In this document: in pieces, positions 1 through 9,106 of the stretch
Layout of the letters: every line of letters starts with the position of its first letter
Numbering within the stretch: the stretch's first letter is position 1
IMG/VR virus record: IMGVR_UViG_3300045988_155882
Strand: one strand, 5' to 3'
Source of the DNA: a virus
Length of the DNA: 62,567 nt
Translations under genes and position numbers: made by a program
Notes under the pieces: generated by a model
What the model was told of the DNA's origin: nothing
What the model saw: only the letters and a program-made list of their open reading frames with translations
The model's database searches: none

Positions 1-55
1 CCGACTACCAAATTGCATCGGTAGCGGAAACCGCCATCATGGATGTATATCCGTA
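1..55. repeat. Terminal overlap identical to 62513-62567 (circular-contig signature)
   Basis: Exact 55/55 identity read directly from both ends. Confidence 0.95.
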
Positions 56-236
56 TGAGCCAAACGAGACTGAGGATGATAGTAATACAGAAGTATCCCG
101 ATTTATCAATAGATTCCCAGAGGGACAGTGTACAGAGGTCACAATTGGCGGTAAATCGGTTATTATAGATAAGACCGGAAATAAACCAAAAGTCATTCCG
201 AACGACAGTATAGAAAGTGAGGCTAAAAATGAATGA
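1..236 (+). CDS. DUF4494-like protein, C-terminal part (gene wraps: 62143..62512 joined to 1..236)
   Basis: Frame of 39..236 ORF is continuous with ORF starting ATG 62143 (MHTWFECKIRYEK...) once the 55-nt overlap is collapsed. Confidence 0.8.
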   Translation, partial: DYQIASVAETAIMDVYPYEPNETEDDSNTEVSRFINRFPEGQCTEVTIGGKSVIIDKTGNKPKVIPNDSIESEAKNE

Positions 237-441
237 TTATATCCCGGATTGGTATATCCCTAACAAATAACCATAATTATTAACTAAACGCCCTCTGCTC
301 ATGCAGAAGTCCCGTGAAAGGTTCGGGTTAAGTGATTTAATTTCAGCTAACAGTTAACTATCCCGGTGAGGCTTGACCGCCTATCCGGGAACTATTTGTT
401 AACCTGCCTGTCCGGTCTGCGAAGATGGGGCGGGTGAACAT

Positions 442-515
442 GGGGCGTTTGGCTGGTGTGACTAATGTAATGCGCAGCATTGTAGAGGAGGGCAGTTCGA
501 TTCTGTCACGCCCCT
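442..515 (+). ncRNA. tRNA-like element with canonical T-arm and acceptor stem but aberrant D region and anticodon loop
   Basis: GGGGCGT/ACGCCCC acceptor pairing, GGCAG-TTCGATT-CTGTC T-arm; anticodon hairpin has loop GCGCAGC (no U33) that can close to a triloop; no nt 8-9. Confidence 0.3.
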
Positions 516-605
516 CATAAATGTGAGCCACACATAAATGGCAAGGGTTAGTAAATAATGGTTGTGCCCCGGAGAATACGCTTCGGGACTTTAATAAAAA
601 ACAGC

Positions 606-1061
606 ATGGAAACAAAAGAAATTACCAAGACTATTTACATTGCAAATGACGGGAAAGAGTTCTTAACGAAAGAAGATTGCGAAAAGCATGAAAGGTTTGT
701 TGAAGAAATACTTTCACGTATTAAGTATTTCTGTATCAGATGTAATCCTGACTTAACAGAAACAGGAAATTTCTCTCATAAAATATATGTGGCTGTGTTT
801 TCTAAACATTACCTATATAAAGATATTGCATTTCAATGGGCTTTAAAGAAGTTTGGTACTTACTTAGGGGAAAGCGTAATGGGATATGGCTTCCAACCCC
901 ATTTTAATGTAAGTGAAGTTTCTAAAGAAGAATATGAAGAATGCCCTGCTACTGTTTGGGGAGGCACTCCATTGAAGAGTGAGAAAATATTCCTTAGTCC
1001 CAAATCGGTAGAAGGATTTCCTGAAAACATTGACTACATGGAAGAATGGGGATTTAAATAA
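606..1061 (+). CDS. hypothetical protein (151 aa; alternative ATG at 558)
   Basis: ORF in co-directional early block; the 558 start would place a hairpin (about 565-590) inside the coding 5' end. Confidence 0.6.
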   Translation: METKEITKTIYIANDGKEFLTKEDCEKHERFVEEILSRIKYFCIRCNPDLTETGNFSHKIYVAVFSKHYLYKDIAFQWALKKFGTYLGESVMGYGFQPHFNVSEVSKEEYEECPATVWGGTPLKSEKIFLSPKSVEGFPENIDYMEEWGFK

Positions 1062-1069
1062 AAACTTGA

Positions 1070-1234
1070 ATGAAACTTACAGTAACCAAATCCGAAGGTG
1101 CAATCATTCAGAAGCTTATCGCAGACCGAAAGTCAGACATTCATAATATTGGAGGTGACAGCAAGCAGGCAGAGCGTCTAAGTAAGTTGAACAAGAAGAT
1201 TGCAAGGCTGATAAAGAAACAATACAAGACATGA
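1070..1234 (+). CDS. small hypothetical protein (54 aa)
   Basis: ATG ORF filling the gap; its TGA overlaps the next ATG (ATGA). Confidence 0.4.
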   Translation: MKLTVTKSEGAIIQKLIADRKSDIHNIGGDSKQAERLSKLNKKIARLIKKQYKT

Positions 1235-1416
1235 GTCCTTACGTAATAACTTCTGCGATTCTTATTACCTATGACGGAAAGAAGATACCGTTGGAAAACA
1301 TAGAAAGTGAAATAATGACCCGACCTATCCAGTTGACTAAGGAGAGGATACTCGATGCTTTCTCCATGATGAAAGATAAGCCGGTGGATGTGGAACTTAA
1401 AATCAAATATATATGA
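1231..1416 (+). CDS. hypothetical protein (61 aa)
   Basis: ORF track; start/stop overlaps with neighbours suggest translational coupling. Confidence 0.5.
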   Translation: MSPYVITSAILITYDGKKIPLENIESEIMTRPIQLTKERILDAFSMMKDKPVDVELKIKYI

Positions 1417-1703
1417 AGAAAAAAAGAGAGTATATTACAATCACAACCGAGACGGACATATATATAGAAGATTATCTCGATGATTTTATGACCGTTGCCT
1501 CTGATGAAGATTTGATTGAAGAAATAGAAAAACGAGGGCATGTGGTATATAAAAAAGGAATTCCCATTACTCCTTTTGGAGAGCAACCTATTGAATTTAA
1601 CAATCCGACCGATTTAAAAAGGCATTTATGCGACATAGCTAATGCCGGCTATTGTATATCCAATGAAGAACTTATCAATGAAATAAAATTAAAACTACCA
1701 TAA
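1413..1703 (+). CDS. hypothetical acidic protein (96 aa)
   Basis: ORF track; ATGA overlap with the upstream ORF. Confidence 0.55.
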   Translation: MKKKREYITITTETDIYIEDYLDDFMTVASDEDLIEEIEKRGHVVYKKGIPITPFGEQPIEFNNPTDLKRHLCDIANAGYCISNEELINEIKLKLP

Positions 1704-1704
1704 C

Positions 1705-2073
1705 ATGATATATAATAAACAGATAATAAGGGGCAAGATACCGAGTAAATCTAATTGTTATAAAGTTATAACAATCCGCGGTCATGGCAGTCTTGCCAAA
1801 CAGCCGGCATTGAATGAATATGAAAAGTCGTTCTATCTACAATGTAACCAGTACAGAGGCAAGATGATAGCAGGGTTGTTTGAACTTTATTTGAATGTAT
1901 TCTATGAAAACCAACGCCCAGACCTCGACAATTGTTTCAAGACAGTACTTGATTGTCTACAAGGATGCAAAGCTATCAAGAATGACCGTAATTGCGTGAA
2001 GATAGTAGCAGAGAAGTTTATAGACAAAGTAAATCCAAGAATAGAATTTATAATCAAGGAAGTTGAATTGTAA
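1705..2073 (+). CDS. rusA: RusA-like Holliday junction resolvase
   Basis: IPSKSNCYK ... RPDLDNCFKTVLDCL ... IKNDRNCV pattern matches the RusA family layout. Confidence 0.7.
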   Translation: MIYNKQIIRGKIPSKSNCYKVITIRGHGSLAKQPALNEYEKSFYLQCNQYRGKMIAGLFELYLNVFYENQRPDLDNCFKTVLDCLQGCKAIKNDRNCVKIVAEKFIDKVNPRIEFIIKEVEL

Positions 2074-2213
2074 AGTGTATCAAGAACGATAACAACTGCT
2101 GCCTTATCCATGCACGCAAATTCGTTGATAAGGACAATCCTCGTGTTGAAATTGCTATCAAGACTTTGGATTAAAAAAATATAGTTTTCCTTTGGCATTT
2201 TGATTTGAGTGTG

Positions 2214-2221
2214 TATCTTTG
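2214..2221 (+). promoter_or_regulatory. Bacteroides-type -7 promoter box TATCTTTG
   Basis: Exact TAnnTTTG match about 190 nt upstream of the 2414 ORF. Confidence 0.5.
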
Positions 2222-2301
2222 CGGCGAACACGCCAAGTTCATGTATTAGACATAATTTGTAGTAGCTATTTTTTTTGTGGCTGCGCATTGCGTTTATATT
2301 G

Positions 2302-2309
2302 CAAAGATA
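2302..2309 (-). promoter_or_regulatory. Bacteroides-type -7 box (TATCTTTG on minus strand), face-to-face with the 2214 promoter
   Basis: Plus strand reads CAAAGATA; convergent with the plus promoter about 90 bp away. Confidence 0.4.
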
Positions 2310-2413
2310 TAGAGGCTATCACTCACATGGGTTACTACGATTATGTAATAACTTGGACTTGGCGGTTCGTGAGGCGATAGCCTTTCTTATTTTAATAACT
2401 CAAATTTCATAAC

Positions 2414-3034
2414 ATGCCAAGTCCAATGAAATTGAGCAGCAATCGAAGTATAGTAAATTGTGGACTCACGTCTGCACACGACACGTGCACCCTTTCATTA
2501 TCTTCTTCAACCGAAGAAATCAAACGCTATTTCAAAGCTATTTTAGAACTTTCAAAACTGAATGTTCCCTACCCTGTTAACCTTGATAGTTGCTGGATGC
2601 TTGCCTATTCAAGAAAAGATAATGCGACTAAAGAATTAACTAAAAACTTCATCCAAGACGTTGATTATCAAGTTTTGCGCCAAAAAGCGGAAAACCCAAA
2701 AGGCGGCAGACCAACAATAGAATACCACCTCTCCGTCTCCTGCTTAGAATACTTCATTGCCCGCAAAGTTCGCCCCGTATTTGACGTGTACCGTGAAGTC
2801 TTTCACAAGGTGAACGAGATTGCGCCAAAGGTTGTAAAATCAAGCGCAGCCGACAAGCGGAAAATCGCAAAGCTCGAAAAGGAACTGGAGTTTACGAAAA
2901 AACTTCTCGAATGGACAAGATGGAGCGAACGCAGGGAGATTGAATTAAAATGCTCGTGCTTCTCTTTCCTCGTAAAGACGAAGCAGTACGATAAGTGGGC
3001 GGAATACAGAAGAACGGGGATAGTCAAGAAGTAA
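2414..3034 (+). CDS. AntA/AntB-like antirepressor-domain protein
   Basis: ...FIQDVDYQVLRQKAENPKGGRPTIEYHLSVSCLEYFIARK... resembles the AntA domain pattern. Confidence 0.55.
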   Translation: MPSPMKLSSNRSIVNCGLTSAHDTCTLSLSSSTEEIKRYFKAILELSKLNVPYPVNLDSCWMLAYSRKDNATKELTKNFIQDVDYQVLRQKAENPKGGRPTIEYHLSVSCLEYFIARKVRPVFDVYREVFHKVNEIAPKVVKSSAADKRKIAKLEKELEFTKKLLEWTRWSERREIELKCSCFSFLVKTKQYDKWAEYRRTGIVKK

Positions 3035-3147
3035 CAACCATGATTGAAATACTTATCGTGTTTGGTAGTCTTTTATCGGGCTACCTCACTTTCCGAAAAA
3101 AGGGAGAGAAACTTTTCTATTGAGCAAAATCTAAAAAATTAAATATT

Positions 3148-3960
3148 ATGAATACTTCAATTATTAAATTCGATTACAACGGAAATATAATTCCTTTTGA
3201 GAAAGGGAGTGATGTTATGGTAAACCTTACGGCTATGGCAAAAGCCTATCCCGATAAGAATTTATCCACAATTGTTAACTCGCAGGAAATCAGCGATTAT
3301 TGCACATCACTTTCCAAACTAAAAAATTTTAGTTTGGCTGATTTACTGATAGTTAAGAGAGGTGGAGATAATCCAGGCACTTGGGCACACCGTCTTGTCG
3401 CTATTCGTGTTGCACAAAAACTAAATTCCGATTTAGCGGTATGGGTGGATATGAGAGTAGATGAGCTTCTTAAATACGGTATGACCGCCACGCAGCCAAC
3501 TTTGGAGCAGATGATAAACAACCCCGACCTTGTTATCAGCCTTGCAACGCAGTTAAAGAGCGAACGCGAGGAAAAGCAAAGAATGGCTTGCGAAAATCAA
3601 ATCCTCAAAGAACAGAACAAAAACATAATTGAAGAAACCAAACCTGCTGTAACCTTTACAAACGCATTTAGTGGAGCGGAAAGTTCATGCCTTATCGGAG
3701 AACTTGCAAAATTAATTGCGCAGAATGGATACGATATAGGCGAAAAGAGATTGTTTGCATGGATGCGTAAAAACGGATATTTGGGCAAGCATGGAGAAAG
3801 ATATAACGTGCCAAATCAGAAATACATAGAACAAGGGTTGTTTGTAATCAAAAAAGGCGTACGCTCTGGAAGTAATGGCGTTTTACATACGACATTGACT
3901 ACAAAAGTTAGTGGCAAAGGACAAGTTTACTTCGTGAACAAATTTCTTAATACCATATAG
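3148..3960 (+). CDS. KilA-N / KilAC (Ant-type) antirepressor
   Basis: N-terminal MVNLTAMAKAY...GTWAHRLVAIRVAQKLNSDLAVWV (KilA-N-like); C-terminal LIGELAKLIAQNGYDIGEKRLFAWMRKNGYL (KilAC-like). Confidence 0.75.
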   Translation: MNTSIIKFDYNGNIIPFEKGSDVMVNLTAMAKAYPDKNLSTIVNSQEISDYCTSLSKLKNFSLADLLIVKRGGDNPGTWAHRLVAIRVAQKLNSDLAVWVDMRVDELLKYGMTATQPTLEQMINNPDLVISLATQLKSEREEKQRMACENQILKEQNKNIIEETKPAVTFTNAFSGAESSCLIGELAKLIAQNGYDIGEKRLFAWMRKNGYLGKHGERYNVPNQKYIEQGLFVIKKGVRSGSNGVLHTTLTTKVSGKGQVYFVNKFLNTI

Positions 3961-3971
3961 AAAGTAATAAT

Positions 3972-4388
3972 ATGAAAACAATAAAGCAGCAATCAGAAGA
4001 GTATGCGTTGAAATATCCTTCCGAAATCCGAAATGAAATAGCGAAAGCATGGATAGACGGGAGAAACTCAATAAGGAAGAAAGAGGTACTTGACCTCTAT
4101 TTCGTAGAGGAAGAATATAAGGATATATTCATATACTGGCTCAACTACAAAAAAGAGAGGGGGCAGCCATACAAGCAGACCGGAGCAGAGGCATGTTACC
4201 GGAAGCTATTAACTCTTTCGGGAGGTGACAAGCAGATGATGATTGCAATAATAGAGCAAAGCATGAGTAATAATTACCAAGGGTTATTTCCACTAAAAGA
4301 CAATGGGAACAGAAATCACACTAACAAGCAAGGAAATAGCGGTTCTATCTTCCAGGCAGCTGATTGCTATCTGCAAGAACATCAGTAA
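3972..4388 (+). CDS. hypothetical protein (138 aa)
   Basis: ORF track; early block. Confidence 0.55.
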   Translation: MKTIKQQSEEYALKYPSEIRNEIAKAWIDGRNSIRKKEVLDLYFVEEEYKDIFIYWLNYKKERGQPYKQTGAEACYRKLLTLSGGDKQMMIAIIEQSMSNNYQGLFPLKDNGNRNHTNKQGNSGSIFQAADCYLQEHQ

Positions 4389-4947
4389 TGAGATAACTTC
4401 CATAAGCCAAGCGATAAACGCACCTCCCATACAATTATCACAATGGAGGAAAGATAACGAAACCTGCATAAAGGCGGTTCTTGTAAAGTTCATAGAAGGT
4501 ACTCTGTTGTTTTACGGCCGTAGCCGCGAGGATATGAATGACTATCAAGTAGCATCCATTGTAAACTCTATCCTTGACAAGTATTATTATTTTAGAATTG
4601 AGGATGTTTGCCTTTGTTTTAAACGGGCAAGGGAAAACTCATCATACGGTGGATTTTATGGCAAAATAGACGGTTCTGTCATCATGAGCTGGTTTGCCAC
4701 TTACGATAAGGAGCGGGATGAAGTGATACACTCAATGCCGGAAGAAAAAATTAATGTTTTTACTGGAGAAGAGTATAGCCGAGAAGAGTACATTGAGATG
4801 TTGAAAGTTAAGATAGCCGGTGGAGACCTGTACGCAAACGAAGCATTGCGGCGTGTTGGTACATTCGAGCGTATAATGTTTGATAGACGTGGAGAGTATG
4901 CCAGTTATAAGTATTGGCGAAAGCATAAATTTGACAATAAAGTATGA
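4303..4947 (+). CDS. hypothetical protein (214 aa), start uncertain
   Basis: ORF track; overlaps the upstream ORF by 86 nt; next in-frame ATG is far downstream. Confidence 0.55.
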   Translation: MGTEITLTSKEIAVLSSRQLIAICKNISNEITSISQAINAPPIQLSQWRKDNETCIKAVLVKFIEGTLLFYGRSREDMNDYQVASIVNSILDKYYYFRIEDVCLCFKRARENSSYGGFYGKIDGSVIMSWFATYDKERDEVIHSMPEEKINVFTGEEYSREEYIEMLKVKIAGGDLYANEALRRVGTFERIMFDRRGEYASYKYWRKHKFDNKV

Positions 4948-5135
4948 GACTTACAATATGTTGGACGACAAGAGGCAGGCAAAGACGCTTTTACTATGAT
5001 ATATGCAAAAAGTTTGGCATATCGGATTACATGAGTGTTAATCATGAGACGCCATGCGATATAAGGGATGAAGATATGGAACTGTTAAAGGAATGCGAAA
5101 AACGAGGGTTTATCCAAATAAGAAACAAACGGTAA
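4944..5135 (+). CDS. hypothetical protein (63 aa)
   Basis: ORF track; ATGA overlap. Confidence 0.45.
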   Translation: MRLTICWTTRGRQRRFYYDICKKFGISDYMSVNHETPCDIRDEDMELLKECEKRGFIQIRNKR

Positions 5136-5141
5136 ATAATC

Positions 5142-5309
5142 ATGGACATAGAGATTGAAAAGAAAATCGAACAATTGGAATGGCAGCGTGACAATGCAAT
5201 GCGCATACGCTGCCCGTTGGTGGCAAGGAAGTATCAGCGCATGATTGATGAACTTGCAAAAGAGAGCAAAAACAAGAATATGAACAAGGCAGAACAGGCA
5301 AGGCAATGA
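5142..5309 (+). CDS. small hypothetical protein (55 aa)
   Basis: ATG ORF MDIEIEKKIEQLEW...; stop overlaps the next ATG. Confidence 0.4.
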   Translation: MDIEIEKKIEQLEWQRDNAMRIRCPLVARKYQRMIDELAKESKNKNMNKAEQARQ

Positions 5310-5938
5310 CCACCGACACGGCAAATCAGATAATCAGCAAATATGAGAGTCTTGTAGTTCTGTGCACCTACAACATATTGCTCACGAACGACATCTGTTG
5401 CGGGCAGGTTATCGAGTGTCTGCATGCGATGAAGAGAACGCCTTATTACAAACAGGCATTCAAGCGGTATTTGAATGATGCCGATAAGGCAAGAAAGGAA
5501 TACGAGCGTACTGTAAACAGCGTTATCGGTTCAGACCGGAGCGAGTTTTTCGCCGACTGCAACGACAAGTATACGGAAGAAGTGAACAAGCACGTGGATA
5601 TGCTGTATTGGCAGTTCAAGCAGGCTCTTGACGATAACGGCATATCCCATTCCGCAGAGATTGCAAGGTTCGAACTTGCAAGAACATTGTGTGATTACGC
5701 CTGCATCCAGTTTGACGAAAGGATTAAAGAACTTCGGAAGAAAGACGCACGGTTCAACGGGTTCACGTTGGAATATTTGAAGCTTTCCAATGTAGCAAGG
5801 GTGATGAACCTTGCTTCCGACTGTTTGAAAATCGGGAAAACGGTCAATATGAACACAGAGCGGTGTACAGCAGCGTTTGATGTGCTGGTAAGAAAGCTGT
5901 CGGATGCGGATAATATTGCCAACGCAATAAAAGTTTAG
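5306..5938 (+). CDS. hypothetical protein (210 aa)
   Basis: ORF track. Confidence 0.6.
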   Translation: MTTDTANQIISKYESLVVLCTYNILLTNDICCGQVIECLHAMKRTPYYKQAFKRYLNDADKARKEYERTVNSVIGSDRSEFFADCNDKYTEEVNKHVDMLYWQFKQALDDNGISHSAEIARFELARTLCDYACIQFDERIKELRKKDARFNGFTLEYLKLSNVARVMNLASDCLKIGKTVNMNTERCTAAFDVLVRKLSDADNIANAIKV

Positions 5939-6026
5939 TGAGATGAAACTTATTTATAACCTTATAACCCTCCTCATGGACTGGCTTTCGGTAGAGGTCG
6001 GAGTGGATGAAGAGTGGTTCTGAATT

Positions 6027-7652
6027 ATGGAAATGAAGAAAAGCGAATTGACACACGGCTCTCTGTTCAGCGGCATCGGTGGCCCGGAAATAGCTGCCGA
6101 GATAATGGGCTGGAAAAACGTGTTCCATTGTGAAATAAACCCGTTCGGGAGAAAAATACTTGATTATTGGTTTCCAAACAGCAAAAGTTATGAAAACATC
6201 ACGAAAACAGATTTTACAGAGTGGCGGGGAAAAATCAATGTCCTCACCGGAGGTTTCCCCTGCCAGCCCTTTTCTTGTGCCGGACAGCGAAAGGGAGCGG
6301 AAGATGACCGCTACCTCTGGCCGGAAATGCTACGAGCGATACGGGAGATTCAGCCCGATTGGGTTGTTGGTGAAAACGTTGCTGGAATCCTCTCGATGGT
6401 ACAACCCGGTAGTGAAACTGCGTTGGGACGTGAAGAATCTCTATTCGGAGAGGTTGACCGAAAAAGAATATTGCATCGGCAGGAATACGTCGTCGAAACA
6501 GTGTGTAACAACCTTGAACGTGAAGGATATTCCGTCCAACCGGTTGTTATTCCGGCTTGTGCCGTCGGAGCGCCGCACAGAAGAGACCGTGTCTTCTTTA
6601 TTGCAAGAAGAATACAAGACAATAACAACAACATCGGGAGTGGATATACTTGTAGATTCGGAAGATTTTCCGTTTTTGAATCAATGGAAATGGAAGATAA
6701 ACAATTCAGGGTATGTTTACAGAACAATCAGAGCGAAAGAAGATGGAAAGAAATGGAAGACTATCTTGATGCACAGATTGATTTGCTGTCCGAAGGAAAA
6801 CGAGGAAGTGGACCATATCAACAGATGCAAAACGGACAACAGAAAGCAAAATCTTCGGATATTAGCTCATTGGGAAAATCTTCACAATCGGAAGAAAGGT
6901 TCAGGAGTAAGGAAACCGAAGGGACGGAACAAATGGTATGCGATAATCTATGTGAACAGGAAAAGGATTCACCTCGGATTTTTCGATACAAAAGAGGATG
7001 CGATGAATGCAAGGTTGAATGCGGAGAGAAAATTGTTGCCCACCGTGCAGACGCAGGGGTTGAAGGTATGCAACGAAAATGGGAAGACAACATTCTATCC
7101 GGTAGAGCTGCTTCCGACACCGACAGCCATAGATGGAGGGACGGGAAGAATCAACAAGTCACTATCGCCGAACGCAAAGGAACGGCCAACATTGGCACTT
7201 TCCGCGAAGATGGGGCTGCTTCCGACACCCATGGCGAGCGACATACACCATGCAAAGCGGGTGAAGGACTTGAAAAATGCAGGTGCAAAAACGATGGCGA
7301 GTCGAAGAAACGGAAGCAATCGTCCGAATGGACTAATGGATTTTCACGGAATGTTACCTACACCAACGACAAGTTGCCACAATCCCGGAACGGCAAAGGA
7401 CCGGAAAGACGGCAGGCCCCGGACATCAGAACTGAATCATTTGTGTGTCCGCCTGATTGGGAAAACTTCCCTACTCAATCCCCTGTTTGTAGCCGAGATG
7501 ATGGGATTTCCACCAGATTGGACGGTATTGCCTTTTCAAAGTGGCGGCAGGAATCAATAAAGGCATACGGCAATGCGATTTTACCACAGGTTATATATGA
7601 AATTTTTAGAGCAATAAATATTGTAGAAAATGGAAGAATGGAAAACTATTGA
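6027..7652 (+). CDS. DNA cytosine-5 methyltransferase (frame A; middle third atypical)
   Basis: FSGIGG (motif I), GGFPCQPFS (IV), GENV (VI), HRRDRVFFIA (VIII) in the N-terminal part; YGNAILPQV (X) at the C-terminus; about 6610-7470 is low-complexity in this frame. Confidence 0.7.
   Translation: MEMKKSELTHGSLFSGIGGPEIAAEIMGWKNVFHCEINPFGRKILDYWFPNSKSYENITKTDFTEWRGKINVLTGGFPCQPFSCAGQRKGAEDDRYLWPEMLRAIREIQPDWVVGENVAGILSMVQPGSETALGREESLFGEVDRKRILHRQEYVVETVCNNLEREGYSVQPVVIPACAVGAPHRRDRVFFIARRIQDNNNNIGSGYTCRFGRFSVFESMEMEDKQFRVCLQNNQSERRWKEMEDYLDAQIDLLSEGKRGSGPYQQMQNGQQKAKSSDISSLGKSSQSEERFRSKETEGTEQMVCDNLCEQEKDSPRIFRYKRGCDECKVECGEKIVAHRADAGVEGMQRKWEDNILSGRAASDTDSHRWRDGKNQQVTIAERKGTANIGTFREDGAASDTHGERHTPCKAGEGLEKCRCKNDGESKKRKQSSEWTNGFSRNVTYTNDKLPQSRNGKGPERRQAPDIRTESFVCPPDWENFPTQSPVCSRDDGISTRLDGIAFSKWRQESIKAYGNAILPQVIYEIFRAINIVENGRMENY
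6640..7560 (+). CDS. Embedded +1-frame ORF: HNH-AP2 homing-endonuclease domain followed by MTase-like LLPTPT / GFPPDWT motifs (start uncertain; frame open from 6160)
   Basis: VDHINRCKTDNRKQNLRILAHWEN (HNH), KWYAIIYVNRKRIHLGFFDTKEDA (AP2-like), then LLPTPTAID, LLPTPMASD, MLPTPTTS, LNPLFVAEMMGFPPDWT. Confidence 0.55.
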   Translation: MDILVDSEDFPFLNQWKWKINNSGYVYRTIRAKEDGKKWKTILMHRLICCPKENEEVDHINRCKTDNRKQNLRILAHWENLHNRKKGSGVRKPKGRNKWYAIIYVNRKRIHLGFFDTKEDAMNARLNAERKLLPTVQTQGLKVCNENGKTTFYPVELLPTPTAIDGGTGRINKSLSPNAKERPTLALSAKMGLLPTPMASDIHHAKRVKDLKNAGAKTMASRRNGSNRPNGLMDFHGMLPTPTTSCHNPGTAKDRKDGRPRTSELNHLCVRLIGKTSLLNPLFVAEMMGFPPDWTVLPFQSGGRNQ

Positions 7653-8160
7653 AGGTTATGATGGAAGATATGAAGTCAGTAGTCATGGACGTATTAGAAG
7701 CGTCAGCATGTTTTTAGGGAATCATATATATCATGGAAAGGTTTTATCTCCCACAATGGCGACAAATGGATATTTAAAAGTTAATTTAATATTAAGAGGG
7801 AAAAAGAAGACTTGTTTGGTGCATAGGCTTGTCGCGAAAGCGTTTATAGAAAATAGAAAAAATCTACCACAAGTAAACCATAAAGATGAAATAAAAACCA
7901 ATAATAATGTTGACAATCTCGAATGGTGTAGCGAATCGTATAATTGTAACTACGGTAAAAGGAATTTTTTATTGATAGAGAAAACAAGGAAGCCTGTATT
8001 GCAATTATCGGTTGATGGGAGTTTGATAAACAGATTTGAAGTTTTAAATGACGCCTCCCGAATCACTGGGATAAATGCCGCACATATTTGTGATGTATGT
8101 AAAGGGAAAAGGAAATTAGCTGGTGGATATGTATGGAAATACGCCACAAGTAATGTATGA
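7630..8160 (+). CDS. HNH homing endonuclease (NUMOD4-like N-terminus, HNH, C-terminal DNA-binding module)
   Basis: WKTIEGYDGRYEVSSHGRIRS; VNHKDEIKTNNNVDNLEW; C-terminal NDASRITGINAAHICDVCKGKRKLAGGYVWKY. Confidence 0.75.
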   Translation: MEEWKTIEGYDGRYEVSSHGRIRSVSMFLGNHIYHGKVLSPTMATNGYLKVNLILRGKKKTCLVHRLVAKAFIENRKNLPQVNHKDEIKTNNNVDNLEWCSESYNCNYGKRNFLLIEKTRKPVLQLSVDGSLINRFEVLNDASRITGINAAHICDVCKGKRKLAGGYVWKYATSNV

Positions 8161-8201
8161 GATATTTCTGGCAATAGAATCTATAGAAAAAGGCAAATAG
8201 T

Positions 8202-8525
8202 ATGAACATCCATCAGACAGTCCCCCGCTCCGATTGCACCTCTTTCGCGAAATGTGGCAAGCATTCCCTTGCTTATTGCCGGAAGTACGGTGCATCCGAA
8301 TGCGGTCCGTGCGAGATGGTGAAGCGGAAACCGAGGAACCGGGTGATGGTGGACGGTGTAGAACGCAAGGTGTGCAGCCGCTGCAAAAGACCGCTTTTGC
8401 TATCCTGCTTCTACGATAGAACGATTCACCGCAACGGAAAGGCGTATCACATCAAGACATCATGGTGCAAAATGTGTGTTTCGGAAGACAATCGGGGACG
8501 GAATGAAAGAAAGGAAAACAAATGA
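8202..8525 (+). CDS. Cys-rich hypothetical protein (107 aa)
   Basis: ORF track; several CxxC pairs. Confidence 0.5.
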   Translation: MNIHQTVPRSDCTSFAKCGKHSLAYCRKYGASECGPCEMVKRKPRNRVMVDGVERKVCSRCKRPLLLSCFYDRTIHRNGKAYHIKTSWCKMCVSEDNRGRNERKENK

Positions 8526-8668
8526 ATATAAGAAAAATAAAGGAACATAACCCTCAATCCTTTTTAGACGATTTGAGACGGGTAAGAGAAATCCATCACG
8601 TACTATATAACGGATTCTATATTCGCCAGAAAGCGTGATGTCATGGTAATAATTTAATCGAGAAGAAT

Positions 8669-9106
8669 ATGAAACAGACAGTAGAAGAAGCAGCAAGGGA
8701 AGCAATTCATAAGCATTATAATTGTAATGGAACCTATCCATGTTCAGAACGTGAATATTGCGAACATTGTAACGGTCATAATACAGCATTCGATTGTTGC
8801 GAATGTGGTGCAGATGAATTTAAAGAAGGATTTATTGCCGGTGCGAACTGGCATATCAACAGCGTGTGGCACAAGACTAAAGATGAAGTGCCACAAGCTC
8901 ATGGAGAATACAAAAATGAACATTATCCGCAGATACCATGCCTTGTATATGGGAAATTAAGCACTGGAACTGGTTACGGTGTCCGCTATTGGAATGTAAC
9001 AGAGCAGTGCTGGGACAATGAAGAGTGCGATGATTACGAGTGCTCCAAAGATGCCATTGAAAAATGGGCGTATTTGGATGATTTAATACCTAATAAAAAG
9101 CAATGA
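8669..9106 (+). CDS. Cys-rich hypothetical protein (145 aa)
   Basis: ORF track. Confidence 0.55.
   Translation: MKQTVEEAAREAIHKHYNCNGTYPCSEREYCEHCNGHNTAFDCCECGADEFKEGFIAGANWHINSVWHKTKDEVPQAHGEYKNEHYPQIPCLVYGKLSTGTGYGVRYWNVTEQCWDNEECDDYECSKDAIEKWAYLDDLIPNKKQ

Noticed and set aside
290-520. Possible tmRNA (T-arm plus acceptor-like 3' end, GCATGCAGAA upstream)
   Set aside because: The complementary acceptor 5' strand lies only about 60 nt upstream, not about 350 nt. I could find no tag reading frame or pseudoknot pattern.
1902-2288. 128-aa minus-strand ORF starting just downstream of the 2302 minus promoter
   Set aside because: Its last 170 nt run antisense through the RusA gene and the sequence is not protein-like. 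The promoter more likely produces an antisense or regulatory RNA.
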